Assembly (NCBI GenBank): GCA_963806485.1
Contig: CAWDXY010000001.1
Location: forward strand, 654,212-718,211
Direction of reading: 5' to 3'
From: an uncultured delta proteobacterium
GTDB lineage: Bacteria; Desulfobacterota; Binatia; Binatales; Binataceae
DNA: 64,000 nucleotides
Positions 39,845 to 50,204 of the stretch are shown piece by piece; position 1 is the stretch's first letter; each line of letters begins with the position of its first letter. Made by a program: the position numbers and the translations under genes. Below the pieces are notes generated by a model. It saw nothing but the letters and a program-made list of their open reading frames with translations. It was not told the origin of the DNA and ran no database searches.

Positions 39845-40015
39845 TTAGTGGCTCGCGGCGGTGCCGGTGGGAGTCGGCGCGGCCGGCGGGCGATTGTATA
39901 CGGAAAATTGTAGAGTCGCGGCATAGAGCAGAATCCCGAGCAGGATTACCGCGGTGAGAATGTCCATGAAGCCGAGTTGCGTTGCGCCCCGTGCCAGACG
40001 TTTGAATCCCCGCAT
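39845..40015 (-). CDS. Small hydrophobic protein
   Basis: MRGFKRLARGATQLGFMDILTAVILLGILLYAATL. One transmembrane helix. Lies directly downstream of uvrA. Confidence 0.25.
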   Translation of the reverse strand: MRGFKRLARGATQLGFMDILTAVILLGILLYAATLQFSVYNRPPAAPTPTGTAASH

Positions 40016-40040
40016 CCTTCCTCCTTGCCGACTCTCCACC

Positions 40041-42971
40041 CTATACACCCGCCGCCGTGCGCAGAGCCGAGCGGACCTGGCGGCCGTGCTCCGGCAATCC
40101 GAACAGGCGCCGCAGCTCGCGGCCGGTCTCGGACTTCTCGCACGCCGCGATATCCAGCGGTGAGCCGGTCGCCACCACTCGGCCGCCCTCGTCGCCGCCG
40201 CCGGGGCCGAGATCGATCACGTAGTCGGCGTTCGAGATGAACTCGAGGTTGTGCTCGATCACGACCAGCGTGTTGCCTTCGGTGACCAGCCGGTTGAGCA
40301 CTTTGATCAGGCGCTTGATATCGGTCGAGCTGAGCCCGGTCGTCGGCTCGTCGAGGATGAACATCCGTGGCAGATGCGTGCCGTCTTCCCCGGCCGGCGC
40401 TGGTTCGAGATCGGCGAGCAGAAAGCGCGCGAGCTTGAGGCGCTGCGCTTCGCCGCCCGAGAGCGTCGAGGTGGTCTGCCCGAGCCGGATGTAGCCGAGG
40501 CCGACCGCGATGAGCGCGTCGAGGCGCTTGACGATCGCGGGATGATGGATGAAGAACGCGCGCGCGTCCTCGACGGTGAGATCGAGCACCTGGTTGATAC
40601 TCAAATTGCGCAGCTTGATCGCGAGAATGTGGCTCTGGAAGCGGCGGCCGTCGCACGCGTCGCATTTCACTTCGAGGTCGGCCATGAAATGCATCTCGAT
40701 GGTGACGGTGCCGGTGCCGCTGCATTTCTCGCATCTCCCGCCCGTGACGTTGAAGGAAAAATGCCGCGCCTGCACGCCGAGCCGGCGCGCTTCGGGGCTG
40801 GCGGCGAACAGTTTGCGGATTTCGTCGTAGATTTTCAGGTAAGTCGCCGGATTCGAGCGCATCGAGCGCGTCGGCAACTCCTGTCCCATGTGGACCATCT
40901 CGCCGATCAGCTCGAAGCCTTCGATCCGGTCGCATTCACCTGGCTCCGCCGACATGTCGCCGTTGCGGCGCAGGTAGTTGTTGTAGAGCACGTCCTCGAC
41001 CAGCGTCGATTTTCCCGAGCCTGAGACTCCCGTGACGCAGACCATGCGCCCGGCTGGGATTGCGACGTCGATATCGGCAAGGTTGTGCTCGCGCGCGCCG
41101 AAGATTCGAATCGCAGGATCGCGCTTGACGAACTTGCGCCGCTTCGCCAGCGCGCGCATCAGCAGCACGCGTCCCGGCGACGACGCCATGCTGTCGAGAT
41201 TCGCCGTTGCGGGCGGACCCGAGTACGTGAGTTCGCCGCCCTCGCTGCCACCGCCGGGGCCAAGCTCGACGACGTAGTCGGCGCCCGCGATCATCGCGGG
41301 GTCGTGCTCGACGACGATCACCGTGTTGCCGAAGTCGCGCAGACTGTGCAGCACCGCGAGCAGGCGGCGCGCATCGGCGGCGTGGAGGCCGACCGTAGGC
41401 TCGTCGAGAGCATAGAGCGTCCCGACCAGCACGCTGCCGAGCGCGCTCGCGAGATGAATCCGCTGCGCCTCGCCGCCCGACAGCGTGCGCGCCTGCCGCT
41501 CAACCGTCAGGTAGCCGAGGCCGACTTCGACCAGGTAGCCGACGCGATTGCGCAGCTCGCGCATCACGACCGCCGCGCGCGTGGCGACTTCGGGAATCGA
41601 TGCGATCCTGTCGAGCCACGCGACGAGGTCGCGGATCGAGAGTCGTCCGACGGCGGCAATCGACCGGCCGTCGACCAGCACGTTGAGCGCCTCGGCCTTC
41701 AGCTTGGCGCCGCCGCATGCGGGGCAGGTGACGAAGCGCCGATACTTCGCGAGTAAAATTCGCACGTGAGTTTTGTAGCGGCGCCCTTCGAGCCACTTGA
41801 AGAAGCCGTGCACGCCCGGCCATTTGTCCTCGTCCCACTTCCCGCGCGGACCTTCGTCGCCGTCGAGCAGCCAGGTGCGCTCCTCGTCGGTCATCTCGCG
41901 AAACGGCGCCGAGGTGCGGATTTTCCTGCGCCGCGCCAGCTTCAGCATCCAGTCGTTCATCTCGCGATACGCCGGCGTTCGCCACGGCGCGACCAATCCG
42001 TTGCGCATCGACAGATTCGGATTCGGAATCACCTTGTCGAGATCGAGCTCGACGGTGCGGCCGAAGCCTTCGCATTCGGGACACGCGCCGATTGGGCTGT
42101 TCGAGGAAAACAGCGCCGTGGTCGGCTCGGCAAACGCCGTCGCGCATCGCGAACAGTTGAAGCGGCGGTCGAAATCGATCGCGCCGACACTGTGCGTGTT
42201 GCCGTTGTCGCGCTCGACGCGGACGGCGCGCGCGCGTCCGGCACCCAGGTAGAAGGCTTTCTCGAGCGCCTCGCGCACGCGCTCGATTTCGCCTTCGCTC
42301 TTGTTGCTCACCGAGATGCGATCGACGACCACCATCATTGTATTGTCAGGCGGCGGCGCGGCGCCGTTTTGCGCTTCGGCGGCGATCGCGCGCGCGGCGA
42401 ACTCCGCGGTCTCGGTGATCGCGTCGTTGGCGTACAGGCGATGGTACCCGTTCTGAATCAGGTAGCCTGCGGCGTCGGGAATCGAGCGCGAACCCGCCTC
42501 GAACGGCGCCAGCATGACGTAGAGCCCGGGCGCCGCGAGGATTTGCGCGCCGGCGCTCTCGACGCTGTCGCGGCTCACCTCGCCGCCGCATTTCGGACAA
42601 ACCGTGCGCCCGACGGTCGCGAACAGCAGGCGAAGATAGTCGCTGATTTCGGTGACGGTGCCGACCGTCGAGCGCGCATTCTTGATGGTGTTCTTCTGGC
42701 GCAGCGCGAGCGCCGGCGGAATCTCGGAAATCGCATCGACGTCCGGCCGCTCCATCCGTTCGAGGAACAAGCGCGCGTAAGTCGAAAGGCTCTGCACGTA
42801 GCGCCGCTGACCCTCGGCATAGACGGTGTCGAAAACGAGGCTGGATTTGCCGGAGCCGGACACCCCGGTCACGACCGTCAGCTTTTCGCGGGGAATTTCG
42901 AGCGAAATATCAGCGAGGTTATGAGTGCGCGCGCCCCGGATACTGATTGAGCGATCCAAGCTTGTTCCCAA
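40041..42971 (-). CDS. uvrA: Excinuclease ABC subunit A
   Basis: Two ABC modules (GVSGSGKSSL and GVSGSGKSTL), zinc-finger Cys pairs, 976 aa. TTG start. Confidence 0.95.
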   Translation of the reverse strand: MGTSLDRSISIRGARTHNLADISLEIPREKLTVVTGVSGSGKSSLVFDTVYAEGQRRYVQSLSTYARLFLERMERPDVDAISEIPPALALRQKNTIKNARSTVGTVTEISDYLRLLFATVGRTVCPKCGGEVSRDSVESAGAQILAAPGLYVMLAPFEAGSRSIPDAAGYLIQNGYHRLYANDAITETAEFAARAIAAEAQNGAAPPPDNTMMVVVDRISVSNKSEGEIERVREALEKAFYLGAGRARAVRVERDNGNTHSVGAIDFDRRFNCSRCATAFAEPTTALFSSNSPIGACPECEGFGRTVELDLDKVIPNPNLSMRNGLVAPWRTPAYREMNDWMLKLARRRKIRTSAPFREMTDEERTWLLDGDEGPRGKWDEDKWPGVHGFFKWLEGRRYKTHVRILLAKYRRFVTCPACGGAKLKAEALNVLVDGRSIAAVGRLSIRDLVAWLDRIASIPEVATRAAVVMRELRNRVGYLVEVGLGYLTVERQARTLSGGEAQRIHLASALGSVLVGTLYALDEPTVGLHAADARRLLAVLHSLRDFGNTVIVVEHDPAMIAGADYVVELGPGGGSEGGELTYSGPPATANLDSMASSPGRVLLMRALAKRRKFVKRDPAIRIFGAREHNLADIDVAIPAGRMVCVTGVSGSGKSTLVEDVLYNNYLRRNGDMSAEPGECDRIEGFELIGEMVHMGQELPTRSMRSNPATYLKIYDEIRKLFAASPEARRLGVQARHFSFNVTGGRCEKCSGTGTVTIEMHFMADLEVKCDACDGRRFQSHILAIKLRNLSINQVLDLTVEDARAFFIHHPAIVKRLDALIAVGLGYIRLGQTTSTLSGGEAQRLKLARFLLADLEPAPAGEDGTHLPRMFILDEPTTGLSSTDIKRLIKVLNRLVTEGNTLVVIEHNLEFISNADYVIDLGPGGGDEGGRVVATGSPLDIAACEKSETGRELRRLFGLPEHGRQVRSALRTAAGV

Positions 42972-42975
42972 CCAC

Positions 42976-43230
42976 TTACCGAGGGTCTTCGATGGGGCGA
43001 GTTTTTTGGGTTTTGTTCTTGCGCTCGCCCGGATATTCGTCGGCGACCTTGGCGTACAACTCGGCGAGCTGGATGTCGAACTTCGCCTGGATGCGCCGGG
43101 TTTCAGCCTCGCGTTCGGCGACCGGCATCGGAGCGAGCCGCGCCAGTTCCTCTTCGAGCCGCTGCATCAGGCGATTTCGCGCCACCAGGTATTCGTAGCC
43201 GTTCATAGGCGCCAAAACCTCAAAGTTCAA
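42976..43230 (-). CDS. Small hypothetical protein upstream of uvrA
   Basis: 84-aa ORF, helical and charged (LEEELARLAPMPVAEREAETRRIQAKFDIQLAELYAKVADEY). TTG start. Confidence 0.3.
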   Translation of the reverse strand: MNFEVLAPMNGYEYLVARNRLMQRLEEELARLAPMPVAEREAETRRIQAKFDIQLAELYAKVADEYPGERKNKTQKTRPIEDPR

Positions 43231-43277
43231 AGATCAGAATTATATGTTATCCTCCAACGAGCGAATAGCCCGCGCGT

Positions 43278-44087
43278 GTGATCGCGCAACTTGACGTGGG
43301 AACTCATACTGAATCATCGCTCGACTCGAGCCGCGTCGAAATCATTCGCGCGTGGACCGACGCGTCGATCTGCCACGGATTTATCGGGCGCTCCGGTGGC
43401 GTCAGCACGGGCGCGTTCGCCTCGACGAATCTTTCTTACTGGGTCGGCGACGACGAACGCGCCATCGACGCGAACTGGGAGCGCATCCGTCGCGAGGTGC
43501 CGGAGCTGAAGCTGGTCGCACGGCTCAACCAAGTGCATGGCAACGTCGTGCACGCCGCGACTCGTGACACCGCGGGCCTTCGACCGGCGGGTGACGGGAT
43601 CGTCACTGCCGAGCCGGGCGTCATGCTGGGAGTCTTCACGGCCGACTGCGTGCCGATACTGATGGTCGATGCGAAACGAAAAATAGCCGGCGCGTTGCAT
43701 GCAGGATGGCGCGGCGTTATCGCGGACATCGCCGATGCGGGCGTCCGCGCAATGATCCAGCTCGGTGCTCGCGCGTCGGACATTCGCGCCGCGATGGGCC
43801 CATCGATCGGGCAGTGTTGTTTTGAAGTTGACGCCGAGCTTGGCGAGCGCTTCGGCCGCGAGATTGCGGGCGCGCGGAAGCATACGAGGGCAGGGCGTCC
43901 CGGCAAGGCCTTCATCGACTTGCGCGCCGTCGTGCGTGATCAGCTCGAACGCGCGGGACTCGCGGCGGCGAACATCGCGAGCATCGGTCCGTGCACCCGG
44001 TGCGCATCGGAGCGTTTTTTCTCGCGGCGCGCGGCTGGCGGAAAGATCACAGGCTTACAGATGAGCTTCGTCGGGTTTGCGGAGTAG
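43278..44087 (+). CDS. pgeF: Peptidoglycan editing factor PgeF / YfiH laccase-domain protein
   Basis: DUF152/YfiH motifs: HGNVVH, TADCVPIL, HAGWRG, CTRCASERFFS. Confidence 0.8.
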   Translation: MIAQLDVGTHTESSLDSSRVEIIRAWTDASICHGFIGRSGGVSTGAFASTNLSYWVGDDERAIDANWERIRREVPELKLVARLNQVHGNVVHAATRDTAGLRPAGDGIVTAEPGVMLGVFTADCVPILMVDAKRKIAGALHAGWRGVIADIADAGVRAMIQLGARASDIRAAMGPSIGQCCFEVDAELGERFGREIAGARKHTRAGRPGKAFIDLRAVVRDQLERAGLAAANIASIGPCTRCASERFFSRRAAGGKITGLQMSFVGFAE

Positions 44088-44252
44088 CAAGATGCCGCAA
44101 CGCAAACCAAAGAAGCATCGCGCCGGCGGCCTGATCGCGAAAATCCGCAAGCCGATGGCGCCGCCTTCGAAAACGATCGAAGACCCCACCAAATACAAGC
44201 GTGAGCGCGAGCTGGAAAAACTTCGCCGCGACGAAAAATCCGGGAATTCCTG

Positions 44253-45359
44253 ATGCCTACGCCCGTTAACGGACAGGTTCGCGTTGGAGTTATCGGCGCC
44301 GGCCTCATTGGCCAGCTGCATTCGAGGATGCTTCGCTTCGTCGCCGACGCTACCGAGCAGAGCGTTCGCGTCGTGTCCGTTGCCGACTTGTCGCATCCGG
44401 CGGCGGAGCGGCTTGCGGCGCGATGGCAGGGCGCGCGGGCGCTTGAGTCGGCCGAAGAGATAATCGCGGATCCGTCGATCGACGCGGTATGGATTTGCAC
44501 GCCGACCGCGATGCATCGGCAGATCTGCATTGCCGCCGCGCGCGCGGGCAAACATATTTTTTGCGAGAAGCCGCTTGCGATGACAGCCGCGGAAGCGTCT
44601 GCCATGGCGGCTGCGATCGCGGCGTCGGGGGTGACGAGCCAGGTTGGCCTCGTGTTGCGATTCTCGCCGGTATACAACGTGATCAACGCGATGTTCGAGG
44701 ACCCGGACGCCGGTAGATTGCTCAGCATCACGATGCGCGACGATCAGGACTTTCCTACCCGCGGCACTCATGCGAGCGCATGGCGTAACGACCCGTCGCT
44801 GACCGCCGGCGGCACGCTCATCGAGCACAGCGTTCACGATTTCGACTTGCTGACGTGGATGTTCGGGCCGGTGACGAGCCTTTATTGCCGTACGCGCAAC
44901 CTGAACGGGGCGGAGGGAGTTGAAGACTTCGGCGCGACGTCGATGGAATTTGCGGGCGGCGCGCACGGCCAGCTCACTTCGATATGGCATCGGATGATCG
45001 CGCGCCCGAGCAATCGCAGGCTTGAAGTCTTCGCCGAGAACTTGTTTGTTGCGTGCGACGCCGATACTCTCGGGCCGGTTGTTTTTCAGCGCGGCTCGCG
45101 CGCGAATGAGGAGACGATCGGTGCCGACGAGGTGATGGCGAGATTTAAGGAAAAGATTCTGCGCGAGCGGCCGTACCTGGCGCCAATCAAGGATCGGCTC
45201 GCGATTCCCTACGCCGCCGAGGATGCGACCTTCATCGCGGCGCTCAAGGGACTGTGCGAACCCGATCCTGAATTTGCGGCGGGCGTCGCGGCGCAGCGGA
45301 TGGTGGAAGCGGCGTACGAGTCGGCGCGCGCGGGCGCGGCGGTGCAAATCAAAACTTAA
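44253..45359 (+). CDS. Gfo/Idh/MocA family oxidoreductase
   Basis: N-terminal Rossmann motif VGVIGAGLIGQLH and the EKP motif. Confidence 0.8.
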   Translation: MPTPVNGQVRVGVIGAGLIGQLHSRMLRFVADATEQSVRVVSVADLSHPAAERLAARWQGARALESAEEIIADPSIDAVWICTPTAMHRQICIAAARAGKHIFCEKPLAMTAAEASAMAAAIAASGVTSQVGLVLRFSPVYNVINAMFEDPDAGRLLSITMRDDQDFPTRGTHASAWRNDPSLTAGGTLIEHSVHDFDLLTWMFGPVTSLYCRTRNLNGAEGVEDFGATSMEFAGGAHGQLTSIWHRMIARPSNRRLEVFAENLFVACDADTLGPVVFQRGSRANEETIGADEVMARFKEKILRERPYLAPIKDRLAIPYAAEDATFIAALKGLCEPDPEFAAGVAAQRMVEAAYESARAGAAVQIKT

Positions 45360-45391
45360 AGTGTTACTTTAATCGAGGTGCAGACCAGTTC

Positions 45392-46501
45392 ATGATCGAC
45401 TTTGAGCTCAGCGAAGAACAACAGATGATCCGCGACAGCGTCGGAGCCTTCGCGCGCGAAGAGATTCGCGCCGCCGCGCGGCCCGCCGACGAAAGCGGCG
45501 CGATTCCCGCCGCCCTGATCGCCAAGGCATGGCAATTCGGATTTGTCAGCGGCGCGATCCCGGAAAAATTCGGCGGCGGCGGCGACGCGCGCTCGGCGGT
45601 GACCGGCGCGATCGTCGCGGAGGAGCTCGGCTTCGGCGATATTTCGATCGGCTTGCACGTGCTGGCACCGCGGCTGTTCGCATTTCCGATCGTTGAGATG
45701 GGCACCGACGAGCAGCGCGCCAAATATCTGAAGCGATTCGCCGGCGTCGACTTCGCCGCCGCGACCGCGGCCGTCATGGAGTCGCGCTTCGATTTCGATC
45801 TGTCGGCGCAGCAGGTCTCAGCCAAGCGCGACGGCGCGGGATACATCCTGAACGGCGCAAAGTGCTACGTGCCGCTCGCGGCCGAGTCCGACACGATGCT
45901 GATTTATGCGGCGACGGACGCGTCGAAGGGTTTCGCGGGCGTCGACGGGTTTATTGTTCCACGCGGCGCGGCGGGCGTTTCGATTTCCGAGCGCGAAAAA
46001 AACATGGGTCTCAAAGCGCTCGCGACCTATGAGTTGACGCTTAAAGACTGTCGCGTCGGCGCCGATGCGCGCCTGGGCGGTGACAAGGGTATCGACTTTT
46101 CGCGGCTGATGAGCGAGGCGCGGGTCGCGTTTGCGGCGATGGGCGTCGGCGTGATGAACGCCGCGTTCGAATACGCGCGCGACTACGCCAAGGAGCGCAA
46201 GGCGTTCGGCGTGCCGATCGCGACCAAGCAGGCGATCGCGTTTATACTCGCCGACATGGCGATTGAAATCGACGCGGCGCGCCTGCTGGTGTGGGAAGCG
46301 GCCTACGAGCTCGACAAGGGCCGCGATGCGCTGAAGGCAAGCTACCTGGCAAAGAATTATGTTGCGCAGAGCGCGCTCAAAGTGACGGACAACGGCGTGC
46401 AGGTGCTCGGCGGCCACGGTTATATCCGTGAGCATCCGGTCGAGATGTGGCTGCGCAACGCGCGTGGATTTTCGGCTATCGAAGGAATCGCAACGGTCTA
46501 A
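45392..46501 (+). CDS. Acyl-CoA dehydrogenase family protein
   Basis: ACAD N-terminal, middle and C-terminal domains. The C-terminus GGHGYIREHPVEMWLRNAR is typical. Confidence 0.85.
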   Translation: MIDFELSEEQQMIRDSVGAFAREEIRAAARPADESGAIPAALIAKAWQFGFVSGAIPEKFGGGGDARSAVTGAIVAEELGFGDISIGLHVLAPRLFAFPIVEMGTDEQRAKYLKRFAGVDFAAATAAVMESRFDFDLSAQQVSAKRDGAGYILNGAKCYVPLAAESDTMLIYAATDASKGFAGVDGFIVPRGAAGVSISEREKNMGLKALATYELTLKDCRVGADARLGGDKGIDFSRLMSEARVAFAAMGVGVMNAAFEYARDYAKERKAFGVPIATKQAIAFILADMAIEIDAARLLVWEAAYELDKGRDALKASYLAKNYVAQSALKVTDNGVQVLGGHGYIREHPVEMWLRNARGFSAIEGIATV

Positions 46502-46523
46502 CGGGCCGCGACGGAGAAAAATC

Positions 46524-47756
46524 ATGATCGACTTCGAACTCGAACCTCAAATTTTGAACCGGCTGCAGATGTTCCACGCGGTTTCGGAGCACATGATGAG
46601 GCCGATTTCGCGCGACTGCGACGAGCATGAGCACACCAAGCCGACCCAATTTTACGAGTCGATGTGGTCGGCGTCGGCGGCCGCCGATATCCAGGTCGGC
46701 AACGACCGGAGCAAGAAAGCCGACGGCGCGGGATCGTCGACACCTCGACGCGCCAATCTGATGACCGTGCTCAGCACCGAGGAGCTGTGCTGGGGTGACG
46801 CGGGATTGTACCTGTCGACGCCCAACTCGGGGCTCGGCGGCGCGGCGGTGTTGGCGGCGGGAACACCCGAGCAGAAGGAGCGGTTCCTCAAGCGATTCAA
46901 GGAGGGCAAGCCGAAGTGGGGCGCGATGGCGATCACGGAGCCGGGCTTCGGTTCCGATTCGTCGCAGGTCACGACCACCGCCACGCGCGACGGCGACCAT
47001 TGGGTGATCAACGGCACGAAAATTTTCTGCACCGCCGGCGAAATGGCCGCTGAGAAGTCGGAAGGCTTCGTCGTGGTGTGGGCGACCGTCGACAAGAGCG
47101 CGGGACGTCCCGGAATCAAGCCGTTTGTCGTCGAACACAACACACCCGGCATGCAGGTGGTCAGAGTCGAGAACAAGCTCGGCATCCGTGCGTCGGACAC
47201 CGCGGCGATTGTTTTCGACAACTGCCGGATTCCGCTCGACCATCTGCTGGGCAGCGCTGAAGTTCGCAAAGAAGGTGGCTTCAAGGACGTGATGGCGACC
47301 TTCGACGCGACCCGGCCGATCGTCGCGGCGATGGCGATTGGAGTGGGACGCGCGGCGCTGGACTTCGTGCGCGATTTTCTTAAAGAACAGAACGTGCCGG
47401 TTCGCTACGGCATCTCGCCGCGGCGCCTGACGGCCGTCGAGCGCGACTTCATGGAGATGGAAGTGCAACTGCAGGCCGCGCGATTGCTCACGTGGCGCGC
47501 CGCATGGATGCTCGACACGGGCAAGCGCAACAGCCTCGAGGCCTCGATGGCGAAGGCCAAGGCGGGCCTCGCGGTCACGCTGATCACGCAGAAGGCGGTC
47601 GAGTTGCTTGGACCGCTGGGCTACTCACGCAAAATCCTGGTCGAGAAATGGATGCGCGACGCGAAGATTAACGACATCTTCGAGGGCACGCAGCAGATCA
47701 ACATGATAATTATCGCGCGGCGGATTCTGAACTACAGCAGTAAGGAACTGAATTAA
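46524..47756 (+). CDS. Acyl-CoA dehydrogenase family protein
   Basis: ATG at 46524 preceded by GGAGAAAAATC. ACAD fold (ITEPGFGSD, LGPLGYSR...WMRDAKI). Confidence 0.85.
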   Translation: MIDFELEPQILNRLQMFHAVSEHMMRPISRDCDEHEHTKPTQFYESMWSASAAADIQVGNDRSKKADGAGSSTPRRANLMTVLSTEELCWGDAGLYLSTPNSGLGGAAVLAAGTPEQKERFLKRFKEGKPKWGAMAITEPGFGSDSSQVTTTATRDGDHWVINGTKIFCTAGEMAAEKSEGFVVVWATVDKSAGRPGIKPFVVEHNTPGMQVVRVENKLGIRASDTAAIVFDNCRIPLDHLLGSAEVRKEGGFKDVMATFDATRPIVAAMAIGVGRAALDFVRDFLKEQNVPVRYGISPRRLTAVERDFMEMEVQLQAARLLTWRAAWMLDTGKRNSLEASMAKAKAGLAVTLITQKAVELLGPLGYSRKILVEKWMRDAKINDIFEGTQQINMIIIARRILNYSSKELN

Positions 47757-47780
47757 AATGCGGGACGCGGAGCCCCGCTT

Positions 47781-48326
47781 CTAGTAGAACCACTTGCCCT
47801 GGTCCCATCGGAAGATCTCGGTGGTATGTGTGTCGAGGATGGCCCTTGGCTGCGCATGCCGGGCTTCATCCTCGGACTTGCCGGCCAGGTAATATTCGAA
47901 TTCCTCGTAGGTGATCTTTCCGATCGAGTAGCCGTCTTTGGATTGATGCGTTTCGCAGGCGGCGATCTTGCCGTAAGCGGTATAGGTCGTGGTCTCGAAC
48001 CCGTCTTTCAGGACGAACTTCAGTTTCGAAAGGTTGTTGAGCTCGCGATCGTGCAAATCCTGCTGCCAACGTTTGCAGAAATCCGGGAATAGTACGGATG
48101 CCTTCTTGTATTCGATATCGCGCTCGATGCGGTCGGGGGTAAGCTGCGCAACCAGCGCTTTGACCTTTTGCCGCAGCGTCTTCTTTGCCGCCGGCGAGGC
48201 GGCGGCGTCTGGCACGGCGGCGTCCGAATCCTGCGATTGAGCGTGCGCCGGCGACGCCGCAACTATCGCCACGAACGCGAGCGCGGCGACTGCGGCTGCT
48301 ATACCTGCCCTTCGTGTAAATGTCAT
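47781..48326 (-). CDS. Secreted hypothetical protein
   Basis: Signal peptide MTFTRRAGIAAAVAALAFVAIVAASPAHA. Confidence 0.5.
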   Translation of the reverse strand: MTFTRRAGIAAAVAALAFVAIVAASPAHAQSQDSDAAVPDAAASPAAKKTLRQKVKALVAQLTPDRIERDIEYKKASVLFPDFCKRWQQDLHDRELNNLSKLKFVLKDGFETTTYTAYGKIAACETHQSKDGYSIGKITYEEFEYYLAGKSEDEARHAQPRAILDTHTTEIFRWDQGKWFY

Positions 48327-48393
48327 CGCGATGGTTTCTATAGCAGAAATCCACACTATCGTCAGCATGGACTGAGAGGTGCCGAGAAGAAAA

Positions 48394-48426
48394 GCGGCCG
48401 CAGCCCCTCGACGGGACTGCGGCCGG
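48394..48426. terminator. Conserved GC-rich hairpin + T-run (rho-independent terminator of OmpA-like paralog 1), unit boundary of the tandem triplication
   Basis: gcggccgcagcccctcgacgggactgcggccgg preceded by an A-run (a T-run on the minus strand). A near-identical copy follows each of the three paralogs. Confidence 0.6.
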
Positions 48427-48453
48427 TTGCAGACGTTGTAGTCTCGGCCCGGC

Positions 48454-49119
48454 TTATTCTTCGGGTACCAGCTCGACGCGACGGTTTTGAGCGCGGCCCT
48501 CAGCCGTTCTGTTGGTGGCGACGAAGTCGGTCTTGCCGTAGCCGTGCACCCTCAACTGGGTTGCCTGGATTCCGCCATTGAGCAGGTAGTTCGCCACCGC
48601 GTTACCACGGCGCTCAGACAGCCTCAAATTGTAGTCCACGCTGCCGATAGCGTCGCAGTAGCCGTTGACGTTAATCACGACGTTCGGATTGGCCTTCAGA
48701 GTCGTAATGGCTTCATCCAGAACGGCGGTATCGCCCGGCCGGATATCATATTTGTTGAAGTCGAAGTGCACACCGCGGAGCACCAGCTTCTGTCTGAACG
48801 GCGGTGGAGGCGGTGGCGGTGGAGGCGGCGGTGGAGGCGGTGGTGCCGGTGGAGGCGTCGGCGACGGCGCCGAGAGGTATCCGACCAAACCGCCGATTAC
48901 GGCGCCCATCACGAACCCGGTGGGGCATCCGATCTCATAAGCCTCTGCGGAGCCATTTGTCGCAGCCATTCCGCAGCCGAACCCTCCGCCAACAATTGCG
49001 CCGCCGGCAGCTCCGTACTCAGTGTACTGTCTCTGCTGTGGCGTCCACGACGCGCACGACGAGACCGTCAAAAGAACGACAGTCGCAGCTACGCCGATCC
49101 AGTTTTTGCACTTATGCAC
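48454..49119 (-). CDS. OmpA-family lipoprotein with Gly-zipper segment and polyproline linker (paralog 1)
   Basis: Lipobox LLTVSSC, Gly-rich membrane segment, P17-like tract, OmpA C-terminal domain (NGYCDAIGS..YNL.LS.RR...V..YL). Confidence 0.8.
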   Translation of the reverse strand: MHKCKNWIGVAATVVLLTVSSCASWTPQQRQYTEYGAAGGAIVGGGFGCGMAATNGSAEAYEIGCPTGFVMGAVIGGLVGYLSAPSPTPPPAPPPPPPPPPPPPPPPFRQKLVLRGVHFDFNKYDIRPGDTAVLDEAITTLKANPNVVINVNGYCDAIGSVDYNLRLSERRGNAVANYLLNGGIQATQLRVHGYGKTDFVATNRTAEGRAQNRRVELVPEE

Positions 49120-49255
49120 GGGTACCCCTCCCTAGGTTCAGGCTGTTCGGGAACAAAAACTCGGAAAATTCTGCCATTTTTTGGAAGCTAGGTCCATTAG
49201 GCAGGCGAAGCGGTCCTATAGCGAGAGATTCGTAATACCTCGTTTACAAAAAAAA

Positions 49256-49288
49256 GCGGCCGCAGCCCCTCGACGGGACTGCGGCCGG
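49256..49288. terminator. Conserved hairpin terminator (paralog 2)
   Basis: Same sequence as 48394-48426, preceded by aaaaaaaa. Confidence 0.65.
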
Positions 49289-49331
49289 TAACAGACGTTT
49301 CAGTTTCGGCCTGGTTTACTGGCTTACTGGC

Positions 49332-50012
49332 TTACTCGTTCGGCACCAGCTCGACGCGGCGGTTCTGAGCGCGACCCTCAGCCGTGTCGTTGGTGGCGAC
49401 GAAGTCGGTCTTGCCGTAGCCGTGCGGAATCAACTGGCTCGACGGGATGCCGGCTTTCACCAGGTAATCCACAACGGCGTCCGAACGCCGATCGGACAGC
49501 TTGAGGTTATATTCCTCACCGCCGATAGCGTCGCAGTAGCCGTTGACGTTGATCGTCACGTTCGGATTGGCCTTCAGAGTCGACGCAGCCTCATCGAGAA
49601 TTGCAGCGTCACCCGGCCGGATTCTCGACTTGTTGAAGTCGAAATGCACTCCGCGCAGCACCAGCTTCTGCCGAACAGGCGGCGGCGGGGGTGGCGGCGG
49701 AGGAGGAGGCGGTGGCGGTGGCGGAGGCGGTGGCGGCGGCTGGATTATTGGATCGCAGATGTAATGTCCGGCCAGGGTGCCCAGAACCAAGCCGGCGCCG
49801 CCGAGGCCAGTGGCCCAGGCAATATTGTTTTCGTGATCGCCGGTGTTCTCATTGATTGCGATCCCGATTCCCGCTCCGGCGCCTGCGCCGAGCAGCCCTC
49901 CGACCACAGCGCATGTACCCCAGCGGCGAGGCTGGGACAGATTTGCGCAACCTGAGACCGTTAGTAGAACGACAGACGCCGCTACTCCAATCCACTTCTT
50001 CGATTTATGCAC
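49332..50012 (-). CDS. OmpA-family lipoprotein with polyproline linker (paralog 2)
   Basis: About 75% identity to paralog 1 over the OmpA domain. Lipobox LLTVSGC. P23 tract. GTG start likely. Confidence 0.8.
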   Translation of the reverse strand: MHKSKKWIGVAASVVLLTVSGCANLSQPRRWGTCAVVGGLLGAGAGAGIGIAINENTGDHENNIAWATGLGGAGLVLGTLAGHYICDPIIQPPPPPPPPPPPPPPPPPPPPPVRQKLVLRGVHFDFNKSRIRPGDAAILDEAASTLKANPNVTINVNGYCDAIGGEEYNLKLSDRRSDAVVDYLVKAGIPSSQLIPHGYGKTDFVATNDTAEGRAQNRRVELVPNE

Positions 50013-50150
50013 GAGGACCCCTCCCAAGGTTCAAGCTCGTTCCAGAAATTAAACTTCGAGAATTGTGCCATTTTTTGGAAGCCAGGTCCATTCAGGTGGA
50101 AAAGCCGTCGGATAGCGCGAAATCCGTAATCTTTCGTTCATAGTAAGGAA

Positions 50151-50182
50151 GCGGCCGCAGCCCCCGACGGGACTGCGGCCGG
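50151..50182. terminator. Conserved hairpin terminator (paralog 3)
   Basis: gcggccgcagcccccgacgggactgcggccgg. Confidence 0.5.
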
Positions 50183-50204
50183 TAACGGTCAGTACGGGCC
50201 TGGC

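Noticed and set aside
39845-40048. Possible type IV pilin (GF-hydrophobic N-terminus)
   Set aside because: Lacks the G-F-T-L-I-E prepilin cleavage consensus (no Glu at +5). Kept only as a low-confidence small membrane ORF.
39946-40935. 329-aa minus ORF overlapping uvrA in another frame
   Set aside because: Extreme Arg/Pro composition and frame overlap with uvrA.
44055-45347. 430-aa minus-strand ORF
   Set aside because: Arg-rich antisense of the Gfo/Idh/MocA gene.
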